Positions 1 through 12,880 of a stretch of 64,000 nucleotides of DNA are shown here, one piece after another. Origin of the DNA: Octopus vulgaris (lineage: Eukaryota); the NCBI GenBank assembly GCA_951406725.2, contig OX597818.1:23622001-23686000 (forward strand), read 5' to 3'. The translations under genes and the position numbers were made by a program. The number at the start of each line of letters is the position of its first letter. Positions within the stretch are counted from its first letter, which is position 1. The notes under the pieces are model-generated. The model was not told the DNA's origin. It did not search any database and saw nothing but the letters and a program-made list of their open reading frames with translations.

Positions 1-434
1 AAGCATCCTTTTGTTGTACATCCATTAATGTTATATTGCCTGAAGAAATGAATCCATGAAGACCATGAACCTGATGCCCACAGACTACACTGTAATCATC
101 CCCAGAACATGGACTATGGTCTTAAAAGACATGTAATTTGTGGGATCGTGTGTTGCGATGCATTAAATGTTTATATATTCCATAGAAAGATTAGTATTTT
201 TATTATTATATTTATCCTACATTATATCAGTACAACTTGATGCAACCCCCAAAAACTGGTTCACCAGTCAGCATCATTAAACTGTGACTGGCATAATGAT
301 GGAAGAGGAATTTTATTTGCATATTCAAAATGTTTCCCATAGACAAATTTGAAAGATATATATATATATGTATACATGTATGTGTGTGTATGTATACATG
401 TAAGTAAATATACATATATATATATATATATACG

Positions 435-900
435 TTTAAATATTTGTTGTGCAAGATTTTTTTATGTGAAGTCGTGTGTTGAAACAGATATTGTTATATT
501 TCGGAATGGTCATATTGCCAGTTTAGCCAATAAAAACACACGCACTATATATTTGGTGTTATTTTGCTTCAGTGATATTTATTTTTTACATTAATCTTAA
601 TCTTATTTCGGCCAAAGTTCTTTCGTCACACTCCTGTGACCGCATCAGTGGTCCTTTGTTTTCTTCTCACTTACTTGTGTCTCTCCTTACTAACCGTCAG
701 CCATTTTGTATTTCTATTGCATGTCTTCATTTGCGCATGCTTATATCTCGATGTGCATCTATGTTTATTTAGTGTGTGTGTGGGGGGGATGCCTGTAATA
801 TTTGTATCTTCTGGTTATATACATTCTTGTAATTTGTATTTTGTTTTTGTTGTTGTTGCTTTTGTTCTAATTTTGTTCATGTGTTTACATCCACCCATTA
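435..900 (-). mobile_element. Penelope-like element terminal (pLTR-like) segment with a variant hammerhead motif
   Basis: Follows a (TA)n tract. 491-530 is the reverse complement of 1629-1667, at the far end of the adjacent GIY-YIG fragment. The minus strand reads CTGATGCG-GTCACA-GGAG-TGTGAC-GAAAGAACTT (about 610-655). Confidence 0.55.
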
Positions 901-974
901 TTATCATTACATATGCTTGTATGTATGTATAACAACAATATTAGTAATAATAATAATAAATCTAATTGAAAAAA

Positions 975-1046
<72 letters not shown>

Positions 1047-1129
1047 CATATATACACACACATATACACATATACATACACACACATATACACATATACA
1101 GTTATTCATTTCTATTTCTTTAATTATCT

Positions 1130-1808
<679 letters not shown>

Positions 1809-2262
1809 GTATCTACATGTATATTTATACATACACACAGTAACCCTGGACTAGTAATTTCCTTTGACTCAGTTACTTAAGAGAAATATATATATATAAA
1901 AAAAAACGGTGGTGACTTGACTAGAACACATAGTTTCCTGATCTTGAAACAACTTTGAAATAATTTAATTATGGGAGTGGATGTCTGTTAACATCTTTAT
2001 TTCATTTGAAGATAATAATGAGCATGTAGACTGAGTTGAAAGGCCACAAGATAACCCATCTAAGAGACTAGTGGTTGGTGTAACCTGTTGCCATTGCCAA
2101 ACCACTTAACTCCTAAAGGTCCAGGCTGCCTAGCAACAAGTAGATGATGCAAGATGGCATAATTCACCACCATAAGCACTAGAAACACAGTTGCTGCTGC
2201 TGATGATGATACTTTTGTTGCTGGTGTGATTATTTAATTTCAGGTTAACCCTAATTGAAGAG

Positions 2263-2711
2263 TAGTTGTATACTGTCAACTTAATGTGACAGTCCCATGA
2301 AGGGGATCACACTACTGCTATTTAGCCCTAGAAAGCAGCAACGCTTCCTGTTGGCCTTGACACATTTCCTGTGTCCTTATGTTTACAAGGGGGAGATAAA
2401 CACCTCCACCCAGCTAAGCCTGCATCCAGAGACTAGTTTCTGAGTCTTTGCTCATCATCAGTCTGGAGTAGCATGGCCTGCTAGTTGGAGATGCCTATCT
2501 AGCTCTTATAAACATATAAGAATTCTAGTGAAATAAATCCACTGATTACAAAAATGTGTCAAGGCTGACAGGGAGCGTTGCTGCTTCCTAGGGCTAAATA
2601 GCAGTGGTGTGATTCCCTTCATGGGACTGACACATTAAGTTGACAGTATACAACTACTCTATCGTACCACTATTTCATGTATCTTTCTGAGATATTTAGA
2701 AATGTATTATT
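2263..2711 (-). mobile_element. Non-autonomous retroposed element with ~109-bp inverted arms, an internal hammerhead and a 13-bp TSD
   Basis: CCTAATTGAAGAG occurs at 2250-2262 and 2712-2724. Arms 2259-2367 and 2552-2660 are imperfect reverse complements. Confidence 0.75.
2425..2467 (-). ncRNA. Minimal type I hammerhead ribozyme
   Basis: Minus strand: TCCAGA-CTGATGA-TGAG-caaaga-CTCA-GAAAC-TA-GTC-TCTGGA. It has a 6-bp stem I, a canonical core, a 4-bp stem II, a palindromic ACUAGU stem III and a GUC cleavage triplet. Confidence 0.85.
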
Positions 2712-2838
2712 CCTAATTGAAGAGATCTACAATTAAAGCATTCCAGTAATGGCCATCCAATCTTCATAAAGGTATGTCAGACAACATGATCTAATGACTA
2801 CCTGTCCAAGATGTCCAAGCTGAATGATCATATAGAGC

Positions 2839-3157
2839 AGTGATTCCCAACTAGGGTCCATATATGATTTTGGGGTAATAAAATTATAAATTGGGGATCC
2901 ACAATAATATTTTAAGGCCCCCTGAAAACATTTTGCTTTAGATGTGTGTATTGATACGTGTTGTAAGAAACAGCTAGGTTTCTTTCTCTAACATTTTATG
3001 TAGTTCAACCTACACAAGTTAATATACAAAAAACAAAATAGGAATTTTGAAAGAAGTATCTATAAAAATAGTTTTTGATCATCGACTGGTTATGGGGGTC
3101 AACCAGAGTAAAATAGTAATCAAAAAGATCCATAGATAAAAAATGGTTGAGAGCACC
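2839..3157. mobile_element. Decayed hAT/Charlie-like MITE
   Basis: Starts CAGTGATTCCCAAC and ends with a degenerate GGTTGAGAGCAC inverted terminus. Confidence 0.4.
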
Positions 3158-3725
3158 TCATAGAGGCTTCTTTATTGACATGTATTACATTTTCTTGCCA
3201 AACAGTAAACTTCTGTCTAAAGCAAAAGTTACTACAAGAATCTGAGGGGGCCATCTAGAAGCCTATTTGTTTCTCATCTGCTTAAGGCAATCCTCATCAA
3301 ATTATCATTTAACCCTTTAGCGTTCAGATTAATTTGTCAAAAGTAATCCTTATTTATTCACATTTAAAAAAATTTATCTGATATTATTTTGTACCTTCAA
3401 GATAGGAAAGATGTAATTGCTTATTTTTGGAGTGACATTGCAGGGTAGGTGTGAGATGCATGTTCTGGCCAGTTTGAGCTTAAAATGTGTAGAATATTTG
3501 GGCCGGATACAGCCGGTTTAAACATCCATTTTTCTATGCTGATATGTATCATACAAATCTATAATCAGTACCTTTCTTTTCATCAATCTTGTTCTGCCCA
3601 TTGGTGACACCCATAATTCTCAGATCCTTTCTACATTTTCTCAATACTTCTGAGATCTACCTCTACTACTGTTATGTTACAATGGTGGTGGCAGTGCAGT
3701 GCTTGCTGTGGTGGTGCCTGCAGTG

Positions 3726-3766
<41 letters not shown>

Positions 3767-4579
3767 TCATTGTCCAAATAACTCGCTTACTCCCATCATT
3801 GTGATGTGTAAGAGCTTCACTCTGGAAAACATTTAACACCAAATTGTGATGCACAAAATTCTTCCTGTTGTTCACTTGCATTACCTTTTTTTCTTTCTTC
3901 ACATCAGAATCATTAATCCTAAAATAAATATCTTACAGTATTTAATTTCATCTCCTTACATTCTGATTCCCAGCAGTCAGAGGATTGACTATACCATTTT
4001 TTCTTTCTTTACTATCTAAAGCCAATAAAATGAGTACTAATTATACACAAGAGATGACTTCATTAACCCTTCTATCATCACTACAAAAATTATCCTTGAC
4101 AAACCAAATGAGATATATAAAAATAAAATATCTTAATCATATTCAGATGTACAAAATCATATTTTCATTTCACAACAGTGAAATTAGGTTAGACTAGAGA
4201 AAGTATGGCTTACACTGAATGTGATAAACTATTCTGAAAAGATATTTGAGAAAGACTTACTGATAATAGGGTTTCTTTCTAGAAGAACAGGAAATAAATG
4301 GGATCTTTATGGAAAATTGAAACTTAGTATTCCCTGGAGTCAAACGATAGCATAATAAAAACTAAGCTAATCATAAAATGAAATAGACAAAAAAATACAT
4401 GACAAGTTTACTTTGGAAAGGTACTAAATAACTCTCTGATGAAAGATATCTGCTAATGGTAACCATCTGTAGTCATTAAATGTCCCCCAAGCTAATCAGA
4501 AACATACAAAGGACAAAAAACTTGTGGACAAAGGAACGGCCACAAACATGGTGTTTTTTTTTTTTTCTGGAATTATGTA

Positions 4580-7040
4580 TGTTGTGGAAGGACTAAAAGG
4601 TGGACTGACTCATTATTATATAGTAAAGAACTGTGAGCGAGTTGGTAAGCAGTTCACTGTGAACCTTTGATATAGTAATAGTAGTAATAGTAATAGTAGT
4701 GCTTCGTGTATATACTTTCTTCTACTTGCTTTGTTTTATTATATATCCAATACGAGGATATAAAAGTGGTGATGAATTGTTCGAAGATGGCATTGGATGT
4801 TTAAAAAAATTTTTTTTTAAGAAACCAAAGAAAAACTCGTTTTAACATGGAGAATTTATTGGCCTCCTTGATGCAGTTGCAACAGCAACAGCAGCAGCAG
4901 TAACAGGAACTCCAACAAGACCAACAGTTGATGGAATTAATGTTCAAGAAGTCTGAAAATACTTCAGATTCATACTCGCCAGATAGCATAGCAAACTCAA
5001 TTGAAGAATACCAATACGACCCAGAAGGTATTACCTTCTCTGCATTCTGCATGTTTTGGTAAATGTTAGGAAATCTTCAAAGAAGAGTGTAAAAGTTGGC
5101 CCGATGAGAAAAAAGTACAGCTACTTTTAAAAAAGTTATTCCCTGCCAAACATGAAAAATATAGTAATTATATTCAGCCAAAGAAGCCAGATGAAATTTG
5201 ATTTGATGAAACAATATTTTATTGAAAATTTTCAGCAAAAGAAGTTCCCTGTTCAATACTCACTGGCAATGTTTAAATTTGATAAAAAAAAGATGAAGAT
5301 TTGCCAAAGTGGTTAACAGAGAGTGTGAGAAATTCAAATTGAATGAGTTGACCATGGACATGTTCAAGTCTTTAATTTTTGTTCAAGGCCTTACTGCAAG
5401 CAAAGATACAGATATACATTCCCAGATATCAACGAAATTAGAATAGGACCAAAATTTAACTGTACAGGTAGTAGCAAAAGAATGCTAGAGAATTAGTAAT
5501 CTACAACATGACGCAAATAAAATTGAAGTGAAAGATTGTTCTCAGATTCAAGTAAGTTGACCGGTAATGAATAAGAAAATAGACAAAAATATGTCAAGAC
5601 CGAATCCATGTTATGGGTGCAGTGGTTTACATTTTAGAAATAACTGTGTTTAAAAATATAAAATGCTTGAAATGTGGTAAAATATGCCATAAAAGGTCGC
5701 ACTGTAGGACAGAACCTAAAAAGTGGTTCAACAGAAAAAAAATCACATAAACAGATTATCGGTGACAAAAAATATGAACGAGCCTCAAAGAAAATGTGTA
5801 TGTAAAATTTGATAACACAAATGTAAAGTTACAATTGGATACAGGCAGTGACATCTCAATAATTAACACAGATACATAGAAAAAGATTGGGGGGCATAAA
5901 TTAAATGAAACCTCAAAAACTGCCAGTGGTGTTTCAGGAAAAAAATTATATTTCAGGAAAAATCTTTAAAGGTTAAAGTTTTTGTGTCAAATAATACAAC
6001 AAACTTGTGTGGTACTGATTAGATGGAATTCTTTAATTTATGGGATCTCTCCATAAATTCTGTAAAAACGTAAATGGTTTTGCCTCAGGGACAAATAAGT
6101 TGTCAGACGAATTAAGAAAAAATATTTTTAATATATTTCCTGGGGTACTGTCCAGTGAATTAGGTCTATATACCAAAATGAAGGCATGGGTTCAAATACA
6201 AGAAACATCATACCGACATTTAAACAAAAACAAACAATACCATTCACAGCATTAAAACAGATAAACTTAGAGAGACTAGAAAAAATTGGAATGATCCAAA
6301 AAGTGGAATATTCTAAATGGGCAGCACCAACATTAAGGAAATTAAACGACGACAAATTGCTGTCGATGAATTGACCGGACACCCTGATACCGAGTGAAAA
6401 TAGTGAAAAAAGGTGAACAACAAAAATACTTCAAAATTCTTCAAGTTAGGTGACAAAGTTTTTTAAAACCTATAGATATGGTAAAGGAAGCTGGGATAAT
6501 GGTGTAATAATTAAACAAAGTGGAAGAATGATATTCCTGGTAAAAGGGGAAAAAATGTTGAATACAAAAGACATATTAACCAACTAAAAACAAGAGTCAC
6601 GGAAAAAAACAAATACAAGAAATGAAATCCCTTTGAGAGTATTGTATGACATGTTTAAGGTACCAACACCCAAACAATTTGAAACTACATGTTCCACCAG
6701 AAAACGGGAAAATAATGGAAACACTGGAATTGAATCCTAAATGTAAGAGCTATTAAAACTCAGAGTGGAGTTCAATTCTCAAAAGAGGAGAATCTAGGGG
6801 AGAATTATTCCAGAAAGAGATGTTGTGGAAGGATTTCATCCACGTAGCTAAAAGGTGGACTGACTCATTACTATAAAATGAAGAACTGTGAGTGATTGGC
6901 AGTTCGTGTTGGCAAGCAGTTCAGTGAGAGCATTCAATACAGAGTGTTGAGTATCATGTAATAGTAATAGTAGTGTGTTGTGTATATACTTTCTTTCCCC
7001 CTGCTTTGTTATATTACATATCCAGTACAAGGATATAAAA
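4580..7040 (+). mobile_element. Decayed, internally deleted Ty3/Gypsy LTR retrotransposon with both LTRs
   Basis: Related LTRs at 4580-4764 and 6821-7040, both starting TGTTGTGGAAGGA. PBS-like TGGTGATGAA at 4767 and a purine tract before 6821. Broken gag has Gln runs and Cys/His knuckles (CYGC..., CLKCGK). Protease LDTGSDISII near 5835, RT start LERLEKIGMIQKVEYSKWAAP. Most of RT, RH and IN is missing. Confidence 0.85.
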
Positions 7041-7088
7041 ATTTATTATCTTGAAGCTCCTTTTGCAACCACGTGAGGGTTGGGATCA

Positions 7089-7303
7089 GTTAGGGTTTGC
7101 ATTAGAGTTAGGGCTATGGTTAGCATAAAGGTTCAGCATTTAGAGTTTGGGGTTTAGGGCTAGCTTTCTAGGTTAGGGTTTAGGGTTGTGTTTTGGCACA
7201 TAACACATAACCCTAGCACTATTCCTAACCCTAATCCTTACGCTTACACTTGTCCTAACCCTGACCCTAATACTAACCCTGACCCTAACCCAAACTCTAA
7301 CCC
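7089..7303. repeat. Degenerate telomere-like repeats in inverted arrangement, (TTAGGG)n then (CCCTAA)n
   Basis: TTAGGG variants at 7089-7187 and CCTAAC/CCCTAA variants at 7209-7303. Confidence 0.65.
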
Positions 7304-7329
7304 TATTGCTAGGATAATATCCTTTTCTA

Positions 7330-7500
7330 CTCTAGGCACAAGGCTCGAAATTTTAGGGGAGGGTGGTGGGTTAGTCGTTTAGATCAACCACAGTATGCAA
7401 CTGGTACTTAATTTATCGGAATTTGAACTCAGAGCATAAAGACAGATGAAATACTGCTAAGCATTTCGCCTGGTGTGCTAACATTTCTGCCAGCTTGCCA
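7330..7500 (-). mobile_element. Short tRNA-derived SINE (related copies about 35510-35680, 39120-39265, 50095-50290, 51295-51500 and 51945-52155)
   Basis: Recurring B-box-like GAGTTCAAATTC and a shared AATAAGTAC/CCCC body among the copies. Confidence 0.7.
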
Positions 7501-8074
7501 CTTTTGCTAGGACAATATTTCTGTTTGATGCACTTTGTGGAAATGGATATCTGACGAGTGTGCACTACACCTCTGTATTATAGGTGTAACAGCCAGGAAC
7601 TGAAGTAGTCTATCATGCAGTAATTTTCATGTATGCACAGAAAGGGTCACAACACTTCCCACTCAAAGGAGTTTGCCCATGCAACATTAGTTTTACAGGA
7701 AAATATAGTTAGGTACTTTTTGAAAGCACCTTGTATATGGTGGGGTGCATGTGTGTGTGTGTTAGTGCGTGTATGTTTATGTCTCCTTGTTTTAACATTG
7801 CATGACAGATGTAATATGATTGTTACAGTCATACAAGCAGTGTCATTCATTTCCAATATTCTTCAAGAACATAGCTGGCCTTGGGGGAGAATTACCTGAC
7901 TTAGAAAGAGGTGAGGGTTTGCAACAAGAAAGGCATCCAGCTATAGAAAATCTGCTTCAATACACTCCATCTGATTCATGCAAACCGGGAGAAGTACAGG
8001 TTAATATGATGATGATGATGGCGGTGGTGATGGTGATGATGATGGTGATGATGATGATGATGATGAGTTCAACA

Positions 8075-8250
8075 TCTCTTGGGCCACAATAGAAGCTATC
8101 ATGCAGTAGCCCACCATTCCAAAATAGATTTAAGTTAAATTTGTTGGTACATAGCCTAATTGTGTCTATTATGATAGGTACAAACGAGAATTCATAGTCT
8201 GGGTACAAGAGCTGTAAATTCCACATTAATTTCCCATAAATGTTCTCTTG
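8075..8250 (-). mobile_element. Small fragment of a restriction-like-endonuclease non-LTR retrotransposon
   Basis: ENIYGKLMWNLQLLYPDYEFSFVPIII resembles the 'KY..L......VVPIII' C-terminus of RLE LINEs. Confidence 0.4.
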
Positions 8251-8269
8251 CATGCATGTCGGGCTCACA

Positions 8270-8560
8270 ATCATGAGATAGTGAGTTCAATTCCTGGACC
8301 AGGCTGTGTGTTGTGTTCTTGAGCAAGACACTTTATTTCACATTGCTCCAGTTTGCTTGGCTGTAGAAATGAGTTGTGATGTCACTGGCACGAAGCTGTA
8401 TTGGCCATTACCTTTCCTTTGGACAACATCGGTGGCATGGAGGGGAGAGGCTGATATGCATGGGCAACTGCTGGTCATCCATAAAACAACCTTGCCCAGA
8501 ATTGTGCCTTGGAGGGTAACTTTCTAGGTGCAATCCCATGTACGTTCATGACCAAAGGGG
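8270..8560 (+). mobile_element. tRNA-derived SINE (related copies about 36030-36345, 38570-38850, 45860-46195 and 59200-59390)
   Basis: B-box GAGTTCAATTCC followed by GTGTTCTTGAGCAAGACACTTTATTTCAC...GCTCCAGT, repeated across the window. Confidence 0.7.
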
Positions 8561-8649
8561 GTCTTTACTGCTTGTAAGAAGATTGAAATAATGTAAAGTT
8601 TTGATTGATTTATTTAAAAACATTTTCCCTTGTATTTTCTGATATACTC

Positions 8650-9041
8650 TTTTACTTGTTTCAGTCATTTTACTGCGGCCATGCTGGAGCACTACCTTTA
8701 GTCGAGAAAATCGACCCTGGGACTTATTCTTTGTAAGCCCAGTACTTATTCTATCGGTCTCTTTTGCAGAACCGCTAAGTGACGGGGACGTAAACACACC
8801 AGCATCGGTTGTCAAGCAATGCTAGGGGGACAAACACACACACACATACACATATATACATATATATACATATATACGACAGGCTTCTTTCAGTTTCCAT
8901 CTACCAAATCCACTCACAAGGCATTGGTCGGCCCGGGGCTATAGCAGAAGACACTTGCCCAAGATGCCACGCAGTGGGACTGAACCCGGAACCATGTGGT
9001 TGGTTAGCAAGCTACTTACCACACAGCCACTCCTGCGCCTA
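8650..9041 (-). mobile_element. Full-length tRNA-derived SINE (octopus OR/OK-like family)
   Basis: Minus strand starts GGCGCAGGAGTGGCTGTGTGGTAAG (A box) and has GGTTCAGTCCC (B box), an internal (TG)n tract and a 3' end ...TGACTGAAACAAGTAAAAGA. Other copies: 10587-10870, 15768-16090, 21960-22345, 33177-33575, 36480-36645, 62790-63180 and 63550-63700. Confidence 0.85.
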
Positions 9042-10484
9042 TGATGAATGAAATAGCACTGATAGCAATAGAGGCTTTTGGTGGCTGTGACAGTGTGGTG
9101 GTGGTGGTGGTGGTGGTGGTGATGGTGTAGTGTTCCTGATAAAGAGAATGCACGCAAAGACAGTGCTAATGATTTTGTTTTTGTTAGCAGTAGCCATGCG
9201 ATGCTCTTTAGCTCCAGGTCAACCCTGATCTAGCAAACCAATGGCTAATGGCATTTTAGCTGTGACAATCACATCACTTTTTTTAGTATCTAGAACAACC
9301 TTATACCATGTGTTCTTGATGTTTTTAATAGATTTTGATTTGATAGACTTGGCTGTTATTTCTAGCAAGTTGAGTGATAGTAATGGTGGTGTTGCTATTG
9401 ATATTGTTCTTAGTACAGTTGTTGTTGTTTTTGTTGTTGTTGTTGTTGTTGTTGTTGATGTTGTAGACTCTTATTTCTCATGAATCTAGTATTGCTTTGG
9501 AACTCATTTTAAAATTTTTATTTTTATTTTATTTTAATTTTATCTTATTTATTCAAAGTTATTTCCTTTTTATCCTGACAATATCATTTCCTGAGAAAAA
9601 TGAAAATACTATTTTCACATTTTATTTATTTTGTTTTGTTTTTTGTTTTTTTTGTTTTTTCTCCATCCTCAATAGTTTCAGTTTTCACTCCAAGAATTGC
9701 ATTTTCAATCCCTATATGAGAAAAGACAAAAAAGAAAAAAGAAAAAAACAATCCCTAAAACCAAAACCAAAACCAAAAAATAAAACAAAAAAAATCTCCA
9801 AACAAAAAGCAGACTATTCCCTTAACTGTTCCCCTGTGAGGTTTCAAATCTTACAGTTTCAGCAAATCTATTCCAGATAGCCTTCACTTTGTAGTTTCTC
9901 TATTTCTCTATTTCTTTTAGTTCACCATAACCCACCAAGCAGCACCCCTTGTCCACCCCAGTCATTGATGTGTCTCTTATCCACACTTTTGCACACATTC
10001 TGATTAGATCGGACTTATTAATTCATCTCCACCCTATTCCTCACCCAGGATGTTGAGAGGTGTATTATTCTAACCATTTCCCTCACACACACACATACAC
10101 ACACCGAGTCACATGCTTTATACAAACAAGTGATACTTTCATTCATATAGCAACAACAATAACAACAACAACAACAACATCAGCAACAGCAACAACAAAA
10201 CCATATGTTGCTAAAACAACCCACCCTCACCACCAATAGCAACACCCATCACCACTACTAAACACTGGATATTATCATTGTATCATGCCATGTATGTCCT
10301 GAAAAAATATTAGCACAAAAAGAAATGAAAAAAAAAGTAAAAGCAAAAAACAGGATGTACAATTCAAAAACTGGGACCCAAAATATATTTGGAAAGAGAG
10401 AGAGAGAGAGAGAGAGACCGCGACACACACACACACACATGCTTGCGTATACATACAAATACATGTATATACATTTGTGCACAT

Positions 10485-10531
<47 letters not shown>

Positions 10532-10532
<1 letters not shown>

Positions 10533-10575
10533 TAGCAGAGATACCTGGCGTTGCTCGGGATTAAAATGGCATAAT
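10532..10575 (-). mobile_element. Helitron 3' terminus remnant
   Basis: Minus strand CCCGAGCAACGCCAGGTATCTCTGCTAG, closely matching the 3' end of the Helitron at 29627. Confidence 0.55.
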
Positions 10576-10868
10576 TTTTTATTGTATTACTTGTTTCAGT
10601 CATGTGACTGCAGCCATGCACGAGCACCGCCTTTAGTCGAAGAAATCAACCCCAGGATTTATTCTTTGTAAGCCTAATATTTATTCTACCAGTGTGTTTT
10701 GCCCAACAGCTAAGTTACAGGGATATAAACACAGCCACATCAGTTGTCAAGCGATGGTGGGAGTACAAACACACACTCACACACAAATATACACATATAT
10801 ACAACTGTTGTCTTTCTATTTCCATGTATGAAACCCATTCACAAGGCTTTGGTGGGCCTGAGACTATA

Positions 10869-10918
<50 letters not shown>

Positions 10919-10972
10919 AAACAAGTCAAAAATAGAAAATGCTAAAATAATTTTATAGTGAACATTTCAGGC

Positions 10973-11004
<32 letters not shown>

Positions 11005-11225
11005 TCAATATAGGGTGGCAAAAAAACTTTTGTAGAATTCTTTTGCCACCAGCGGCCTAGTGGGAAAAAATTAAATAGTCATAAACCATTTTTAAGTTCA
11101 ACATCACAATCAAGGAACGGCCATAATAGGCCATTCACCCACTAGAAATAACAGCCAAAAGCTTTAACCGCAAAATAACGTCAATTCCGTAAACCAGGAG
11201 AAAATTAAAAAACATTTACCCTGTA

Positions 11226-11332
11226 ATTTCTTAGACGATGCACCGTTTCATCTACTGTTTAATGGAAAACTAACCTGATTAAATTAAATCAAGCCAATCT
11301 ACCATAGGCCCTTAGATTCATCAGTAAGAAAT
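11226..11332 (-). ncRNA. Type I hammerhead ribozyme, array unit 1
   Basis: Minus strand: ATTTCTTA-CTGATGA-ATCTA-[58 nt]-TAGAT-GAAAC-GGTGCATC-GTC-TAAGAAAT. It has an 8-bp stem I, a canonical core and a GUC triplet. Confidence 0.8.
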
Positions 11333-11717
11333 AGCCAAGCCGGAACAGATATTTTTCAACGAGGCATTCTCGTTGCTACCTCGTCAATATCTGACCTAAA
11401 ATTTTCAAATCGTCGCACTCGCGCCAAATTTATCGGCAGCAAATAAATATAAGCCGCCGATTCCATTACGGAATTAACCAGAAAATTCATAATTAATCAA
11501 TATAGGGTGGCAAAAAAACTTTTGTAGAATTCTTTTGCCACCAGCGGCCTAGTGGGAAAAAATTAAATAGTCATAAACCATTTTTAAGTTCAACATCACA
11601 ATCAAGGAACGGCCATAATAGGCCATTCACCCACTAGAAATAACAGCCAAAAGCTTTAACCGCAAAATAACGTCAATTCCGTAAACCAGGAGAAAATTAA
11701 AAAACATTTACCCTGTA

Positions 11718-11824
11718 ATTTCTTAGACGATGCACCGTTTCATCTACTGTTTAATGGAAAACTAACCTGATTAAATTAAATCAAGCCAATCTACCATAGG
11801 CCCTTAGATTCATCAGTAAGAAAT
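11718..11824 (-). ncRNA. Type I hammerhead ribozyme, array unit 2
   Basis: Same motif as unit 1. Confidence 0.8.
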
Positions 11825-12208
11825 AGCCAAGCCGGAACAGATATTTTTCACGAGGCATTCTCGTTGCTACCTCGTCAATATCTGACCTAAAATTTTCAAA
11901 TCGTCGCACTCGCGCCAAATTTATCGGCAGCAAATAAATATAAGCCGCCAATTCCATTACGGAATTAACCAGAAAATTCATAATTAATCAATATAGGGTG
12001 GCAAAAAAACTTTTGTAGAATTCTTTTGCCACCAGCGGCCTAGTGGGAAAAAATTAAATAGTCATAAACCATTTTTAAGTTCAACATCACAATCAAGGAA
12101 CGGCCATAATAGGCCATTCACCCACTAGAAATAACAGCCAAAAGCTTTAACCGCAAAATAACGTCAATTCCGTAAACCAGGAGAAAATTAAAAAACATTT
12201 ACCCTGTA

Positions 12209-12315
12209 ATTTCTTAGACGATGCACTGTTTCATCTACTGTTTAATGGAAAACTAACCTGATTAAATTAAATCAAGCCAATCTACCATAGGCCCTTAGAT
12301 TCATCAGTAAGAAAT
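12209..12315 (-). ncRNA. Type I hammerhead ribozyme, array unit 3 (one stem III substitution)
   Basis: Same motif, but stem III reads GAAAC-AGTGCATC-GTC. Confidence 0.75.
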
Positions 12316-12880
12316 AGCCAAGCCGGAACAGATATTTTTCACGAGGCATTCTCGTTGCTACCTGTCAATACTGACCTAAAATTTTCAAATCGTCGCACTC
12401 GCGCCAAATTTATCGGCAGCAAATAAATATAAGCCGCCGATTCCATTACGGAATTAACCAGAAAATTCATAATTAATCAATATAGGGTGGCAAAAAAAAC
12501 TTTTGTAGAATTCTTTTGCCACCAGCGGCCTAGTGGGAAAAAATTAAATAGTCATAAACCATTTTTAAGTTCAACATCACAATCAAGGAACGGCCATAAT
12601 AGGCCATTCACCCACTAGAAATAACAGCCAAAAGCTTTAACCGCAAAATAACGTCAATTCCGTAAACCAGGAGAAAATTAAAAAACATTTACCCTGTAAT
12701 TTCTTAGACGATATTGATTAATTATGAATTTTCTGGTTAATTCCGTAATGGAATCGGCGGCTTATATTTATTTGCTGCCGATAAATTTGGCGCGAGTGCG
12801 ACGATTTGAAAATTTTAGGTCAGATATTGACGAGGTAGCAACGAGAATGCCTCGTGAAAAATATCTGTTCCGGCTTGGCT

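Noticed and set aside
30-190. Hammerhead-like CTGAAGA...GAAGAC in a repeat that also occurs near 42110-42260
   Set aside because: The GAAA core and stems I and III cannot be formed in either copy.
8990-9041. SINE heads as tRNA genes
   Set aside because: A and B boxes are present, but there is no complete cloverleaf and each continues into a SINE body.
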